64,000 nucleotides of DNA. It comes from Candidatus Dormiibacterota bacterium (lineage in GTDB: Bacteria > Chloroflexota > Dormibacteria > Aeolococcales > Aeolococcaceae). Of the stretch, positions 1 to 10,040 are shown in pieces; position 1 is the first letter of the stretch, and every line of letters starts with the position of its first letter. The notes beneath the pieces are model-generated. The model did not search any database. It saw nothing but the letters and a program-made list of their open reading frames with translations, and was not told where the DNA came from. Position numbers and translations under genes: made by a program. The stretch lies in the NCBI GenBank assembly GCA_963709585.1, contig CAVPXI010000006.1, forward strand, positions 32,001-96,000, read 5' to 3'.

Positions 1-539
1 ATGATGCGTGGATCGGTGGCGAAGTGCGCACCGTCGACGCTCAGGAATGAGTTGAGGTCGGCGGTGCCGCCTGAGATCAGCGTCCCCGCGCGGTTGTACA
101 CGTAGATTGAAGAGTTCACGGTCTCGACGATGTCGCTGGGGCCCACAGCAACGTCCGTATCCGGCGGCGCCACCAGCTGATCGTTGCCGTGAAAGGCGAC
201 GCCGAGCACCTGAGATGCTCCGCCGAACCCGCTGAGCTTGTCACTTGCTGCGATCAACGGGGCGGAGCCCGCGGTCGACCCGCTGCTGCCGAGAGCGCCG
301 GCCTTCCCAGTGGAGTGCAGAGTTGCGGGCGCGCTCGCTGCGCGCTTGATGATGTGAGACCTCGACGAGGCACGCGCCCGGGCCGTCTCTGGAAGGAAGG
401 GCTTGGCGTGTGAAGATGAGGCTGAGGGCGCGTTTGAAGGGGCGGGACTCGCAGCAACGCCGGTTGATCCGATCACCGGGAGCGCCGCAACGATGCTCGC
501 GCAGAAAATCCAGCTAGCCAGCCGACGTCCAACCTTCAC
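1..539 (-). CDS. Secreted hypothetical protein (partial, runs off the window start); PPDTxxAVGP..IVExVN..DPR motif family
   Basis: Manual translation of the minus strand: GTG at 539 with GGAGG 8 nt upstream; signal-peptide-like VKVGRRLASWIFCASIVAALPVIGSTGVAA; then APPDTDVAVGPSDIVETVNSSIYVYNRAG...DPRI; no stop before position 1. Confidence 0.65.
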   Translation of the reverse strand, partial: MKVGRRLASWIFCASIVAALPVIGSTGVAASPAPSNAPSASSSHAKPFLPETARARASSRSHIIKRAASAPATLHSTGKAGALGSSGSTAGSAPLIAASDKLSGFGGASQVLGVAFHGNDQLVAPPDTDVAVGPSDIVETVNSSIYVYNRAGTLISGGTADLNSFLSVDGAHFATDPRI

Positions 540-634
540 GTGCAGCGCCTCCATCCCAGGGTCTCTGTCCCCTTCGACGCGTGAGTGTACGCCGGATGCA
601 CCGATATGACTGATAAAAACGCCGAACTTCTCAG

Positions 635-2512
635 TCAATCGAGACGGAGGCTCAGCGGGGCCGGCCACAGCACGTTCTTGTTGAGATACGGGTCGTCGAT
701 CTGGCCGACGCCACCCCAACGATCGGCGAACGTCCGTGCATCCTGACCGGTCGCGTCCGCGCCGGCTCGGGCCGCCTCACCCCAGGTCATCTCCGCCAGC
801 GGGGTGCAGAGGACGCGGTGCCCGAGAGCAGGCAGGCGGAGACAATAGTCGACGTCCCAGAGCGCGCGCGAGAACCGCTCGTCAAGACCACCCGCCTGGT
901 CGAACACGTCGCGTCTGGTCATCAAGCACGCGCCCGAAACCGCGCTCATCTCCTTGACGACGTGCAGGTGCTGATCGACCGGCCTCGCAAGCCCTAGTCG
1001 ACCGCACACCATGCCCTCGTGGGCAACCGTGCCGTCCGGGTAGCGCAAGCGGAGGCCGACCGCCCCGATACCCGTGCGCTGGCTCAACTCGAGCATGGTC
1101 TCGAGCCACTCGCCGGTGATCACGCGCGTCGACGCGTCGAGCAGCACGACGTGCTCGCCGCTCATCGACCGCACAGCGTTGTTGATCGCCGCCGCTGTGT
1201 TGTCGCCGCCGACCACGGGGATCACCCGGCGGTGCGCATACGTGGAGCGTTGCTCGATGCTCGCGACACAGCCGGCGGCGTCTTCGTCATCTGTCCGCGC
1301 GACCACGATCACGTCCACCGACGGCGTGCCGGCGATCGCGTACCGCGGGATGTAGAGACCGGGACTTGGCCCGAGATCGACCCGCCCCTCGAGACCTCGT
1401 CGCTGCAGCGCATCCGCGACGGCCCGCCGGCCTGCGTCCTGGGCGAGCGGCTTGAAGCCTGCCGACACCGCCGTCGAACCCGGGACCATTCGCCACGCGT
1501 AGAGCACGTCCGGAACATGCCCGATATGCCCTGCCGCCTCAGTGGCGCGAAGCATGAGGTCGTGATCCTGGCTGCCGTCGAAGCCTTCGCGGAAGCCGCC
1601 GACCGCCTTGGCGGTGGTCCGGCGCACGATGGTGAAGTGATTGATGTAGTTCTCGGCGAGCAGGCGGTCCGGTGAGAAATCAGGCTTGAAGGTCGGCGCG
1701 CCGAAGCTCTCGTCGGGAAGCAGCTTGTCCTCGTCGGAATAGACGAGGTCCGCGTCGGGATGCTTGCGCACGTAGGCCGCCATCGAGTACAGCGCATGCG
1801 GCCGCAGCACATCGTCGTTGTCGATGAATGCCACGAATTCGCCGGCTGCCAGATCCATCGCCGAATTCGACGCGGCCGCGATACCACCCTGCTGATCGCG
1901 ATACACGACCCGAACGCGAGGATCCGCTGCCGCGGCGGCGAGCACGGAGCGCACGTGAGGCGCTGTTGACGCGTCATCGGCGATGCAGAGTTCGAGGTGC
2001 GGATAGACCTGATCGAGCACCGATCTGATCGCCGCTTCAAGCCAGCCGCGCTCGGGGTTGTGCACCGGCATGATCAGGCTGATGACCGGCGCGTCAGCGT
2101 CGGCTTCGGAAACGCGGCGCATGGTCGCGAGCTGCGTGGCGTTCGGGGTGTGCAGCGCGAGCCAACGACGGTACTGGCGGCGGCGAGCAGCGGCGGTGTC
2201 GGCCACGCCGATCGCCCTGCGAAGGTCGCGGTCACGGCGGATCAGTCCGGCCAGTGCCGACGGACCGCGGTCGACGAGTGTCAGCGTCCTCGACGCCGCC
2301 TTGTGCAGGGTCTGCTGGCGACGAGACTCCGGGGGCACCACCCGGCGCACCTTGCGGACGACGGACACGGCAATCCGGGCGGATGCGCTGCCGGTGGCAT
2401 CGGCGAGCTCAGCCCGCAACACCTGGAGCTGCGCCTCCAGCTCGGTGATGTGGCGCCGCGCCGCCCGCAACTCCTCGCCGAGCCTGTCGATCTCATCGCG
2501 CGGCGCCGTCAT
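635..2512 (-). CDS. GT2 glycosyltransferase with two GT-A domains and an N-terminal coiled coil
   Basis: ISLIMPVHN, IADDAS, FIDNDD, LVYSDEDK, GSQDHDL motifs; second domain SAVSGACL..DVDYCLR; start trimmed to MTAPRDE. Confidence 0.9.
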   Translation of the reverse strand: MTAPRDEIDRLGEELRAARRHITELEAQLQVLRAELADATGSASARIAVSVVRKVRRVVPPESRRQQTLHKAASRTLTLVDRGPSALAGLIRRDRDLRRAIGVADTAAARRRQYRRWLALHTPNATQLATMRRVSEADADAPVISLIMPVHNPERGWLEAAIRSVLDQVYPHLELCIADDASTAPHVRSVLAAAAADPRVRVVYRDQQGGIAAASNSAMDLAAGEFVAFIDNDDVLRPHALYSMAAYVRKHPDADLVYSDEDKLLPDESFGAPTFKPDFSPDRLLAENYINHFTIVRRTTAKAVGGFREGFDGSQDHDLMLRATEAAGHIGHVPDVLYAWRMVPGSTAVSAGFKPLAQDAGRRAVADALQRRGLEGRVDLGPSPGLYIPRYAIAGTPSVDVIVVARTDDEDAAGCVASIEQRSTYAHRRVIPVVGGDNTAAAINNAVRSMSGEHVVLLDASTRVITGEWLETMLELSQRTGIGAVGLRLRYPDGTVAHEGMVCGRLGLARPVDQHLHVVKEMSAVSGACLMTRRDVFDQAGGLDERFSRALWDVDYCLRLPALGHRVLCTPLAEMTWGEAARAGADATGQDARTFADRWGGVGQIDDPYLNKNVLWPAPLSLRLD

Positions 2513-2639
2513 GGAGCGGAACGCGGCGATCTTGGCGCAGCCATCTCGAGATGCATCGACAGCAGATGGTAGGCGGGGTGCGCGCGATGCGCCGCCGCCC
2601 AAGGTGCTCGAACTCGAGCGGGACGGCTACGATCCCATC

Positions 2640-3590
2640 GTGAGCGACGTCCACAGCCGTCCATCCGTCCCAGCTGGAATCCCGCGCCGCGTCCTCTCCA
2701 GGGCGAGGGAGTCAGCCGTTGCCCTCACTCAACCATCCGCCGACGCGATGGCGGGTTGGTACCTGCGCAGGCTGGGACGGCGCCTGCAGACGACCCCGCA
2801 CGAGGTGCCTCGAGACCTGGTCGCCGCCCTGCGGCCGGTGTTGCAGGCGGGCGTGACCCACCATGACGGCGCTGGGGGATCAGCCCTCGAGGCGCTGGTG
2901 ACCGAAAGCTTCGAGAGGCTTTCCCCGCAGGAATCCGACGGGCAACCCAATCCCGCCGTCCGCGATGCAATCGTCGACCAGTTTCACCGGCTGTTCTACA
3001 ACGACCCCGGAACCTGGCTCGAGACACGCTGGTTGGGCGTTCCGGCGTGGAAATGTCCCCTGGACCTCTGGATCTACCAGGAGATCCTGCAGGAATTGCG
3101 TCCGCAGCTGATCGTCGAATGCGGGACGGCGCACGGCGGCAGTGCGTACTTCCTGGCGTCGATCTGCGATCTTCTCGGAAGTGGCGAGATCGTCACCATC
3201 GACGTCGACGCGAAGCCCGGAAGACCGGTGCATCCACGCATCACCTACATCAAGGGCTCGTCGATCGACCCGGACGTGATCGCGCAGGTGCACGCCCGGC
3301 TCCCGGTCGACGGGAATGTCCTCGTGATCCTGGATTCGGACCATCATGCAGCGCACGTCGAGCGCGAGCTGTCGCTGTACGCCGGCATTGTCAGCGTTGG
3401 TTCGTACCTCATCGTCGAGGACACCAACATCAACAACCATCCGGTCGGACCTCACTTCGGTCCCGGGCCCATGGAGGCGGCGTCAGCGTTCCTCAACAGC
3501 AACGATCAATTCGTCGTGGATGAAGGGAAACAGAAGTATCACCTCACCTTCAACCCGCGGGGGTTTCTGCGACGAGTGTCTCCCCCATGA
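2640..3590 (+). CDS. CmcI/cephalosporin-hydroxylase-family (sugar O-)methyltransferase
   Basis: WLGVPAWKCPLDLWIYQE, IVECGTAHGGS, VILDSDH, YLIVEDT, GPGPMEA; GTG start 6 nt after TACGAT. Confidence 0.85.
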   Translation: MSDVHSRPSVPAGIPRRVLSRARESAVALTQPSADAMAGWYLRRLGRRLQTTPHEVPRDLVAALRPVLQAGVTHHDGAGGSALEALVTESFERLSPQESDGQPNPAVRDAIVDQFHRLFYNDPGTWLETRWLGVPAWKCPLDLWIYQEILQELRPQLIVECGTAHGGSAYFLASICDLLGSGEIVTIDVDAKPGRPVHPRITYIKGSSIDPDVIAQVHARLPVDGNVLVILDSDHHAAHVERELSLYAGIVSVGSYLIVEDTNINNHPVGPHFGPGPMEAASAFLNSNDQFVVDEGKQKYHLTFNPRGFLRRVSPP

Positions 3591-4438
3591 CGGTCGCCGC
3601 CCGCGACAGCACCATCCTCGAGAGTATCCAGCGTCCGCGAAGCGTGTTCCAGCGGAACATCAACCTGGTTCGCGAGCTGTCGATCACCGCGTTCAAACTC
3701 AAATACACGGGATCCGCGCTGGGCTACGTGTGGTCTCTGATCAAGCCGCTGATGCTCTTCGGGATCATGTACCTCGTTTTCAGCATCCTGCTCGGCGCCG
3801 GAAGGAAGGCGTGGGATTTTCCCGTACAGCTCCTGGTGGCGATCGTGGCCTGGACATTCTTCACCGAGGCGACGACGACGGCGATGAACTCGGTTGCGGG
3901 CAACGGCGACCTGATTCGGAAGGCTTACTTCCCGCGCTGGATCCTCGTGGCCGCATCGACGACGAGCGCGATGCTGACCTTCGCAATCAACACAGCGCTG
4001 GTCGTGATCATCACCTTCGCATTGGGTCATCTCGACCTCACGTGGATCAGCCTGCTCGCCCCGCTGTACTACCTCGAGCTCATCGTCCTGGTCCTCGGCC
4101 TCTCGATGCTGCTGTCGGCGCTGTTCGTGTTCTTCAGAGACCTCGGGCACATCTGGGAGATCCTGACTCTCGTTCTTTTCTACGGCTCGGCTGTGGTGTT
4201 TCCCTTCGCGACCATCCAGCAGTACTCGAAAAAGCTCGCTGACATCGCCGGCCTGAACCCAATCGCGCAGATCATCACCGACCTCCGTCACGTGCTGATC
4301 CAGCCCGCGAAGGTGCCTTCCATGGCGTCCATGATCGGGCCACTCGTGATCATCCCCATCGTGCTCAGCGTCGGCGTGTTCATCCTCGGTTTCACCGTCT
4401 TTCACAAGCTCACACCTAGGTTCGCGGAATCGTTGTGA
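3587..4438 (+). CDS. wzm: Polysaccharide ABC transporter permease
   Basis: FKLKYTGSALGYVWSLIKPL, RDLGHIW, NPIAQII; about 6 TM segments. Confidence 0.9.
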   Translation: MTVAARDSTILESIQRPRSVFQRNINLVRELSITAFKLKYTGSALGYVWSLIKPLMLFGIMYLVFSILLGAGRKAWDFPVQLLVAIVAWTFFTEATTTAMNSVAGNGDLIRKAYFPRWILVAASTTSAMLTFAINTALVVIITFALGHLDLTWISLLAPLYYLELIVLVLGLSMLLSALFVFFRDLGHIWEILTLVLFYGSAVVFPFATIQQYSKKLADIAGLNPIAQIITDLRHVLIQPAKVPSMASMIGPLVIIPIVLSVGVFILGFTVFHKLTPRFAESL

Positions 4439-5689
4439 AGCCGGTCGTTGAGGTCTCCAACCTCCGCAAGCGATTTCGCCTGCCGCTCGACAGGAGCAGC
4501 ACGCTCAAGTATCGAGTCACTCACTGGCGGAGCTCCTCTCGGTATCGGGACCTGATCGCACTTCGGGACATCTCCTTTGACATCCCTCAGGGTCAGTTCC
4601 TCGGGATCGCGGGCCCCAACGGATGTGGCAAGAGCACCCTGCTCAAAATCCTTTGCCGGATCTACAAAGCGGACTCCGGGTATGCGCGCGTCAACGGCGA
4701 GTTCTCCGCGTTTCTCGAGCTCGGCGTCGGTTTCAACCCCGAGCTCACCGCCCGCGAGAACATCTTCCTGGGTGGCGCGATGCTCGGCCTCACCCGCGGG
4801 CAACTGCGTGACAAGGTCGACGAGGTCTTCGCGTTCGCCGAGCTGGAGGACTTCGCCGAGCAGAAGCTCAAGAACTTCTCGTCAGGCATGCAGGTCCGTC
4901 TCGCGTTCAGCGTCGCCATCCTCGCGCAGACCGACCTGCTGGTCATGGACGAGGTGCTCGCGGTCGGCGACGCGAGCTTCCAGGAGAAGTGCTTCGACAC
5001 CTTCAGCCGGTACAAGCGTGAAGGCAAGACCATCGTGCTGGTGAGCCACGATCTCGGTTCCCTCGAGGAGTACTGCGACCGGGTGATCCTGCTCAATCAC
5101 GGGGAGATGATCGCCGACGGTCCCGCCGCCGAGGTCACGTCCGCGTACCACCGGATGGTCGCCGACCACGCGGTCGCGGCCGAGCGCGATACCGGGGCGG
5201 AGCTCCGACGCGGTGATCCGAGTCGAGTGGGGCTCACGAGCGGTCGAGTTCGCCTCGGTGAGCCTCATCGATGGCAACGGACAGAATGCCCGTCGCTTCG
5301 ATACGGGTGCACCGATGACCCTCGACCTGCAGCTGCTCGTCCACCGAGACGTCGGTGACGTCGTCTGCGGGATGGCGATTCGCCGCGCGGACGGACTGCT
5401 GCTCGCCGGAACCAATACCTTCCTGGACCACGTCACTGTGTCAACTCACTCGGCGGGACAGGTGATCTCGATCCGCTACGTGATCAACTCGCTGCCGCTG
5501 CTGGCGGGTGGGTACATCGTCCAGGTAGCGCTCGAGGATGTCACTGGGCACTCATACGATCACATCGCTCCGGCGGCGAGCTTTCACATCAACAACATGG
5601 GCGGGCACGTCGGCGTGCTCGAGATGCACGGGCGCTGGCAGGTGGAGCAGGACGTGCCTACGAGTGCCGTTCGCCAGACGGCCGGGTAA
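4435..5689 (+). CDS. wzt: Polysaccharide ABC transporter ATPase with C-terminal carbohydrate-binding domain; +1 frameshift near 5226 (probably a sequence error)
   Basis: GPNGCGKST, FSSGMQVRLAF, DEVLAVGD, VSHD; the Wzt_C-like domain continues in the 5213..5689 frame; removing one base gives PSRWGSRAVEF. Confidence 0.85.
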
Positions 5690-5701
5690 CCACGCGCTGA
5701 T

Positions 5702-6541
5702 TCAGATCGGCGCGCCGGTGACGAAGAAGAGCAGGTGCGCGGGGACGACCCCCATGACCACGCTGATGATCAGCACGTAGAGCATCGCGGTCGCCGGTTG
5801 GTTGGCGCGGATCCGCGCGAAGTGCCTTGTCAGCAGCGCCACGCCGGTGGTGAACACGATCCCGGACCCGACCACGAGCAGCCAGAAGGGCACGGCGTCG
5901 CCCGACCAGAGCAGCTCGCCCCGGACCGTCGATCCCGCGGTGAGCAGCACCAGCACGATCACCGCAGCCTGGATGGCCACGGCGGCGAAGACGATGTCGA
6001 TCGCCCGGCGCAGCGGACGGAATGACAGATTGGGGGCGACCAGGTACCAATGGCCGAGGAGCATCCCGGCAAGCGCGCTGCCCGAGACCAGCGCCGCCGG
6101 GACGAACGCGACGACGGCGGTGCCGACCCCGCCGAGCGAGGGGCCGAAGGCGGCCGCGGCCTTGGCGATGGCCATCGCGCCGAAGCCGATGGTGATCGCG
6201 CCCACCACCCGGCGCGCGACGTCGGTCATCACCGAGCAGAAGAATGCGTAGGCCAGCAGGACGATCGTGAACGCGATCGACCAGTGAAACAGCGATGCCT
6301 GCGCGCCCGGCGGCAGTGCTGCTCCGAGCAGGGCGGTGCCGGAAGGGAGCAGCGCCTCGATGAGCACGTCGAGGGCCATGACCCCGGCGCAGATGAGCGA
6401 GGTGGTGCCCACGAATCCGCGCCCCACCTTACCGACCACATCCACCGCGTAGGCGGCGACCGTCGTGCCCGCGGCAACCTCCAGCAGCACCACCACCGTG
6501 GCGATCGGAGCAAGCGCCGGCAACGAGGTGGGATCGGGCAC
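5702..6541 (-). CDS. Multi-pass membrane protein with GMLLGHWYL motif, function unknown
   Basis: About 8 hydrophobic segments; leaderless GTG 6 nt after TAGGAT. Confidence 0.75.
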   Translation of the reverse strand: MPDPTSLPALAPIATVVVLLEVAAGTTVAAYAVDVVGKVGRGFVGTTSLICAGVMALDVLIEALLPSGTALLGAALPPGAQASLFHWSIAFTIVLLAYAFFCSVMTDVARRVVGAITIGFGAMAIAKAAAAFGPSLGGVGTAVVAFVPAALVSGSALAGMLLGHWYLVAPNLSFRPLRRAIDIVFAAVAIQAAVIVLVLLTAGSTVRGELLWSGDAVPFWLLVVGSGIVFTTGVALLTRHFARIRANQPATAMLYVLIISVVMGVVPAHLLFFVTGAPI

Positions 6542-6588
6542 CGAACGATCCTACGGTTGTGGTGGCGCCGGGCCGAGGGGGAAGCCGG

Positions 6589-7534
6589 TCAGGCCGACGG
6601 CTTGCGCCTGCTGAGCCGATCGACCGTCCGGAGTGCCCTCTGCAGGAAGCGCTGCCTCGAGGTCCCCGGGGGGACAGCCTTGGCGACCGCGCCGCTCATC
6701 CGTATCGCCACTCGCACCGACCGGCGCTCGCTCCAGGCCGCCGTGGACTTCGAGCGCGTGTTCGAGCGCGTCCACGCGTGCCTGCAACCCCGCGAGCTCG
6801 CGCATCTGGTCGACGACCAGCGCATTACGCTCTTGGAGCTCGTGGAGCATCCTCGAGTAGGCGCGGTCGTAGTCGGCGACGACCCGATGCATCGGGTCTT
6901 TGGAGCGCCGGTAGCGCGCGGCCCACGGCGCGATGTAGGCGCCGTCGTAGTCGACGTCGCGGATGAAGCCCTGGCGCGCGAAGCGCTCGGTCCAGTACTC
7001 CTGTGGATGGATATTGGTATGGGTGGGATCGCGGTAGTGCATCGGGGTCGAGGTGAGGATCACCTCGTCGGTGAAGGCACAGAGATTGACGATCGCCCGA
7101 TCGGCGTCCGGGGGCGGCATGTGCTCGACGACCTCGAAGCAGGTGATGACGTCGTAGTGCCGGGCAAACGGCTCGGTGATCGATCCGACCCTGAGAAATT
7201 GCCGGATGTCCTCGCGCGCGTGGTTGACCGCAAACTCGCTGAAGTCGACGCCATCAGCCTCGACACCTCGATCGCGCAGGGCTTCGACGAGCAGCCCGAT
7301 GGCGCAGCCGGCGTCGAGCGCTGTCTTCGGATGGAAGTCCTCGATCAGGCGGTCGGCGATCTTGCCGAAGAAGTCGATCCAGAAGTCGTTTCGCTCGTAG
7401 GCGACGCCGTCCACCGCATAGTGGCCGTAGTAGTCGGCGGCGTAGTCGCTCGCCACCGTGCCCGCGTGAACGGCCGCTCCGTCGCTGCCGTCCGGCGTCG
7501 ATTCGTCGTCGGCCGTGTCCGATGCGCTCCTCAC
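6589..7534 (-). CDS. Class I SAM methyltransferase with C-terminal coiled coil (WbdD-like layout); frameshift near 6749
   Basis: ALDAGCAIG, GVDFSEFA, ITCFEVVEHM; the plausible C-terminus (STAAWSERRSVRVAIRM...) lies in the 6589..6825 frame; GTG start after TAGCAT. Confidence 0.8.
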
Positions 7535-7636
7535 CCCGGCGCATGCTAACACCGGCTCGAACGAGTGGATATCCCTCGGGTGACGGTTTCGCACACCCGG
7601 TTCCAATTCGATTTGGCCCTGCTAGGTTGGGCCGCG

Positions 7637-8344
7637 ATGCCTGACCAGCGATCGCTGCTCCGCGGCCGTCTCGCCAACGCGATCGGCGACGTCGTCGACG
7701 TCGCGTCGCAGCTGGCTCCCCAGGCCACACGGGCGACAGCGCCCGCACCGCCGCCCCCGCCGCTCGAATCAGTTGGGCGGGCGTGGACGCTGGCCGCGGC
7801 CATGGAGCCGGTGCCGGCGCTGATCGTCGAAGGCGTCGACGCGCCGCGCTCCTCTTTCGGACCGATCGCACCTCCGCCTCCCCCTGAACACCACCGTTCG
7901 CGTCTCCCGATCGCGGTCGTCGGATCGAGCTTCATCGTCCTGCTCGCGGTGATCGCGGTCCACCTGCTGACCAGCGGCACGGCGGTCCAGGCTCCGACTC
8001 ACTCCCTCGGGCCGATCTCGCTGACCGGCGTCCGTCCGGTTGCCTCGGCACCTGCGGCGAGCGGCGCCATACCGGTCACCCAGGTGTCGTTCCCCGCCAA
8101 GACGTCTGTCGTCGACATCGAGGTGAACTCGGGGGGAGCCGCAGGGCAGGCGCCGGTTCAGGTGGTGGTGACCGTGGGACAGCCGGCGCAGACCATCATC
8201 GAGAACGCCTACGTGCTCAGTCAGTCCGGGAATACCGTCATTCCGCTGACCGCCCCGGGCGGCGTCTTCGCGCCCGGCGATTACGCGGTCACGATCACCT
8301 ACAAGGGCGCGCTGGTCGGCTCAACGGCTTTCGCGGTCCACTGA
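7637..8344 (+). CDS. Single-pass membrane protein with Pro-rich linker and extracellular beta-rich (Ig-like) domain
   Basis: TM segment IAVVGSSFIVLLAVIAVHLL; C-terminal PGDYAVTITY..F motif. Confidence 0.65.
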   Translation: MPDQRSLLRGRLANAIGDVVDVASQLAPQATRATAPAPPPPPLESVGRAWTLAAAMEPVPALIVEGVDAPRSSFGPIAPPPPPEHHRSRLPIAVVGSSFIVLLAVIAVHLLTSGTAVQAPTHSLGPISLTGVRPVASAPAASGAIPVTQVSFPAKTSVVDIEVNSGGAAGQAPVQVVVTVGQPAQTIIENAYVLSQSGNTVIPLTAPGGVFAPGDYAVTITYKGALVGSTAFAVH

Positions 8345-8359
8345 TGCTCGCGGCGGCGG

Positions 8360-8674
8360 TCAGTGCTCCACCGGAAGGCCGGCGGCCTCCCAGGCGTCGA
8401 GCCCGCCGGTGACGTTGTACGAGTTCGGCCGCCCGAACGCACGCAGGTAGTCGACCGCGCGAGCGCTGCGCCCGCCCATCCGGCAGTGCACGTAGACGTC
8501 GCGATCCGAGGGCACCTCGGTCAGACGGGCGGGCAGATCCCCGAGGGGAATCAACACCGAGCCGGGAATGCGCACGTCGTCGTACTCGGACTTTTCGCGC
8601 ACGTCGATGAGCACGGCGCCATCGGCGAGGGCTTCGCTCGCTGCTTTGGGTGTGACCTCGGCGCTGTCGGACAT
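8360..8674 (-). CDS. Single-domain rhodanese/sulfurtransferase
   Basis: LIDVRE..EY...IPG, active loop HCRMGGRS, GGLDAW. Confidence 0.9.
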   Translation of the reverse strand: MSDSAEVTPKAASEALADGAVLIDVREKSEYDDVRIPGSVLIPLGDLPARLTEVPSDRDVYVHCRMGGRSARAVDYLRAFGRPNSYNVTGGLDAWEAAGLPVEH

Positions 8675-8745
8675 TCGCGGCAGTATAGAGGTGGCGCTGG
8701 CGACTGCCGGGTCCAAGCGCCGGCGAGCCTGTTAGGCTCGTCACC

Positions 8746-10014
8746 GTGAGCACGGTTGCCGCACCGGCGGTGGTGGACTCTCCCTGGCTGAACGCACAGC
8801 GCCAGTTCGACAACGCCGCCGAGATCCTCAATCTCTCATCGGGGTTGCGCGCTGTTCTGCGTGAGGTTCGACGCGAGCTCGTGGTGCGCTTCCCGGTGAA
8901 GATGGACGACGGCAGCGTCCGCATGTTCGAGGGATACCGGGTCCAGCACAACGTGACTCGCGGGCCTGCCAAGGGCGGCCTCCGTTTCCATCCGGCGACC
9001 GACATCGACGAGGTCAAGGCGCTCGCGATGTGGATGACCTGGAAATGCGCGCTCGCCAACCTTCCCTACGGCGGCGCCAAAGGGGGCGTGGCGGTCGACC
9101 CGAGCACGCTCAGCCACCGCGAACTTGAGCGTCTCACCAGGAGGTTCGCCGCCGAGATCAGCGTGCTTGTCGGACCCGAGTCGGACATCCCCGCGCCGGA
9201 CGTCAACACGACCCCCGAGATCATGGCCTGGATCATGGACACGATATCCATGCAGGCCGGCTATTCGGTCCCCGCGTCGGTGACCGGCAAGCCGCTGGAG
9301 ATCGGCGGCAGCGAGGGCCGTCCCAGCGCGACCGGGCGTGGCGTGAACATCATTGCGATCGAGGCGTGCAAGCTGCTCGGGCTGGAGCCGTCGCAGGCAA
9401 CCGTTGCAGTGCAGGGCTTCGGCAACGTCGGTACGTGGGCGTGCCAGCTCATGCACGAGTTGGGCTTCACGGTCTGCGCAGTTTCCGACGTCACCGGCGG
9501 TATCTACTCGAGGGATGGCATCGACATCCACGCACTCCAAGCCTACCGCCAGAAGAATCGCAGCATCCAGGGGTTCCACGGGACGACGCCCGTGACCAAC
9601 ACGGAACTGCTGGAGCTGGACGTCGACGTCCTCGTTCCGGCCGCGATGGAGAATCAGATCACCGCTCGCAACGCTGGCAGGATCCAGGCACGGCTCATCG
9701 TCGAGGCCGCCAACGGGCCGACGACGCCGGACGCCGACAGCATCCTCGAACGCCGCGGGATCACGGTCGTGCCCGACATCCTCGCCAACTCCGGCGGCGT
9801 CACGGTCTCGTACTTCGAGTGGGTCCAGGACCTGCAATCGCTGTTCTGGGAGGAGGACGAGATCAACGTCCGCCTCAAGAAGATCCTCCAGAAGGCGTTC
9901 GGACAGATGTGCGACCAGGCTGACCGGCATCACGTGTCGCTCCGGCTCGGCGCCTACCTGGTCGCCGTCAAGCGGGTCGCCGACGCGACCGCAGTGCGAG
10001 GCATCTACCCGTAG
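8746..10014 (+). CDS. gdhA: Glutamate dehydrogenase
   Basis: GPAKGGLRFHP, WMTWK, GGAKGG, DIPAPDV, VQGFGNVG, PDILANSGGVTVSYFEWVQ. Confidence 0.95.
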   Translation: MSTVAAPAVVDSPWLNAQRQFDNAAEILNLSSGLRAVLREVRRELVVRFPVKMDDGSVRMFEGYRVQHNVTRGPAKGGLRFHPATDIDEVKALAMWMTWKCALANLPYGGAKGGVAVDPSTLSHRELERLTRRFAAEISVLVGPESDIPAPDVNTTPEIMAWIMDTISMQAGYSVPASVTGKPLEIGGSEGRPSATGRGVNIIAIEACKLLGLEPSQATVAVQGFGNVGTWACQLMHELGFTVCAVSDVTGGIYSRDGIDIHALQAYRQKNRSIQGFHGTTPVTNTELLELDVDVLVPAAMENQITARNAGRIQARLIVEAANGPTTPDADSILERRGITVVPDILANSGGVTVSYFEWVQDLQSLFWEEDEINVRLKKILQKAFGQMCDQADRHHVSLRLGAYLVAVKRVADATAVRGIYP

Positions 10015-10040
10015 AGGCGTCTCCCGCCCGCGGCTCGGTC

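Noticed and set aside
5213-5240. Programmed frameshifting in wzt and the other split genes
   Set aside because: No slippery heptamers; the many unrelated genes affected point to sequencing indels
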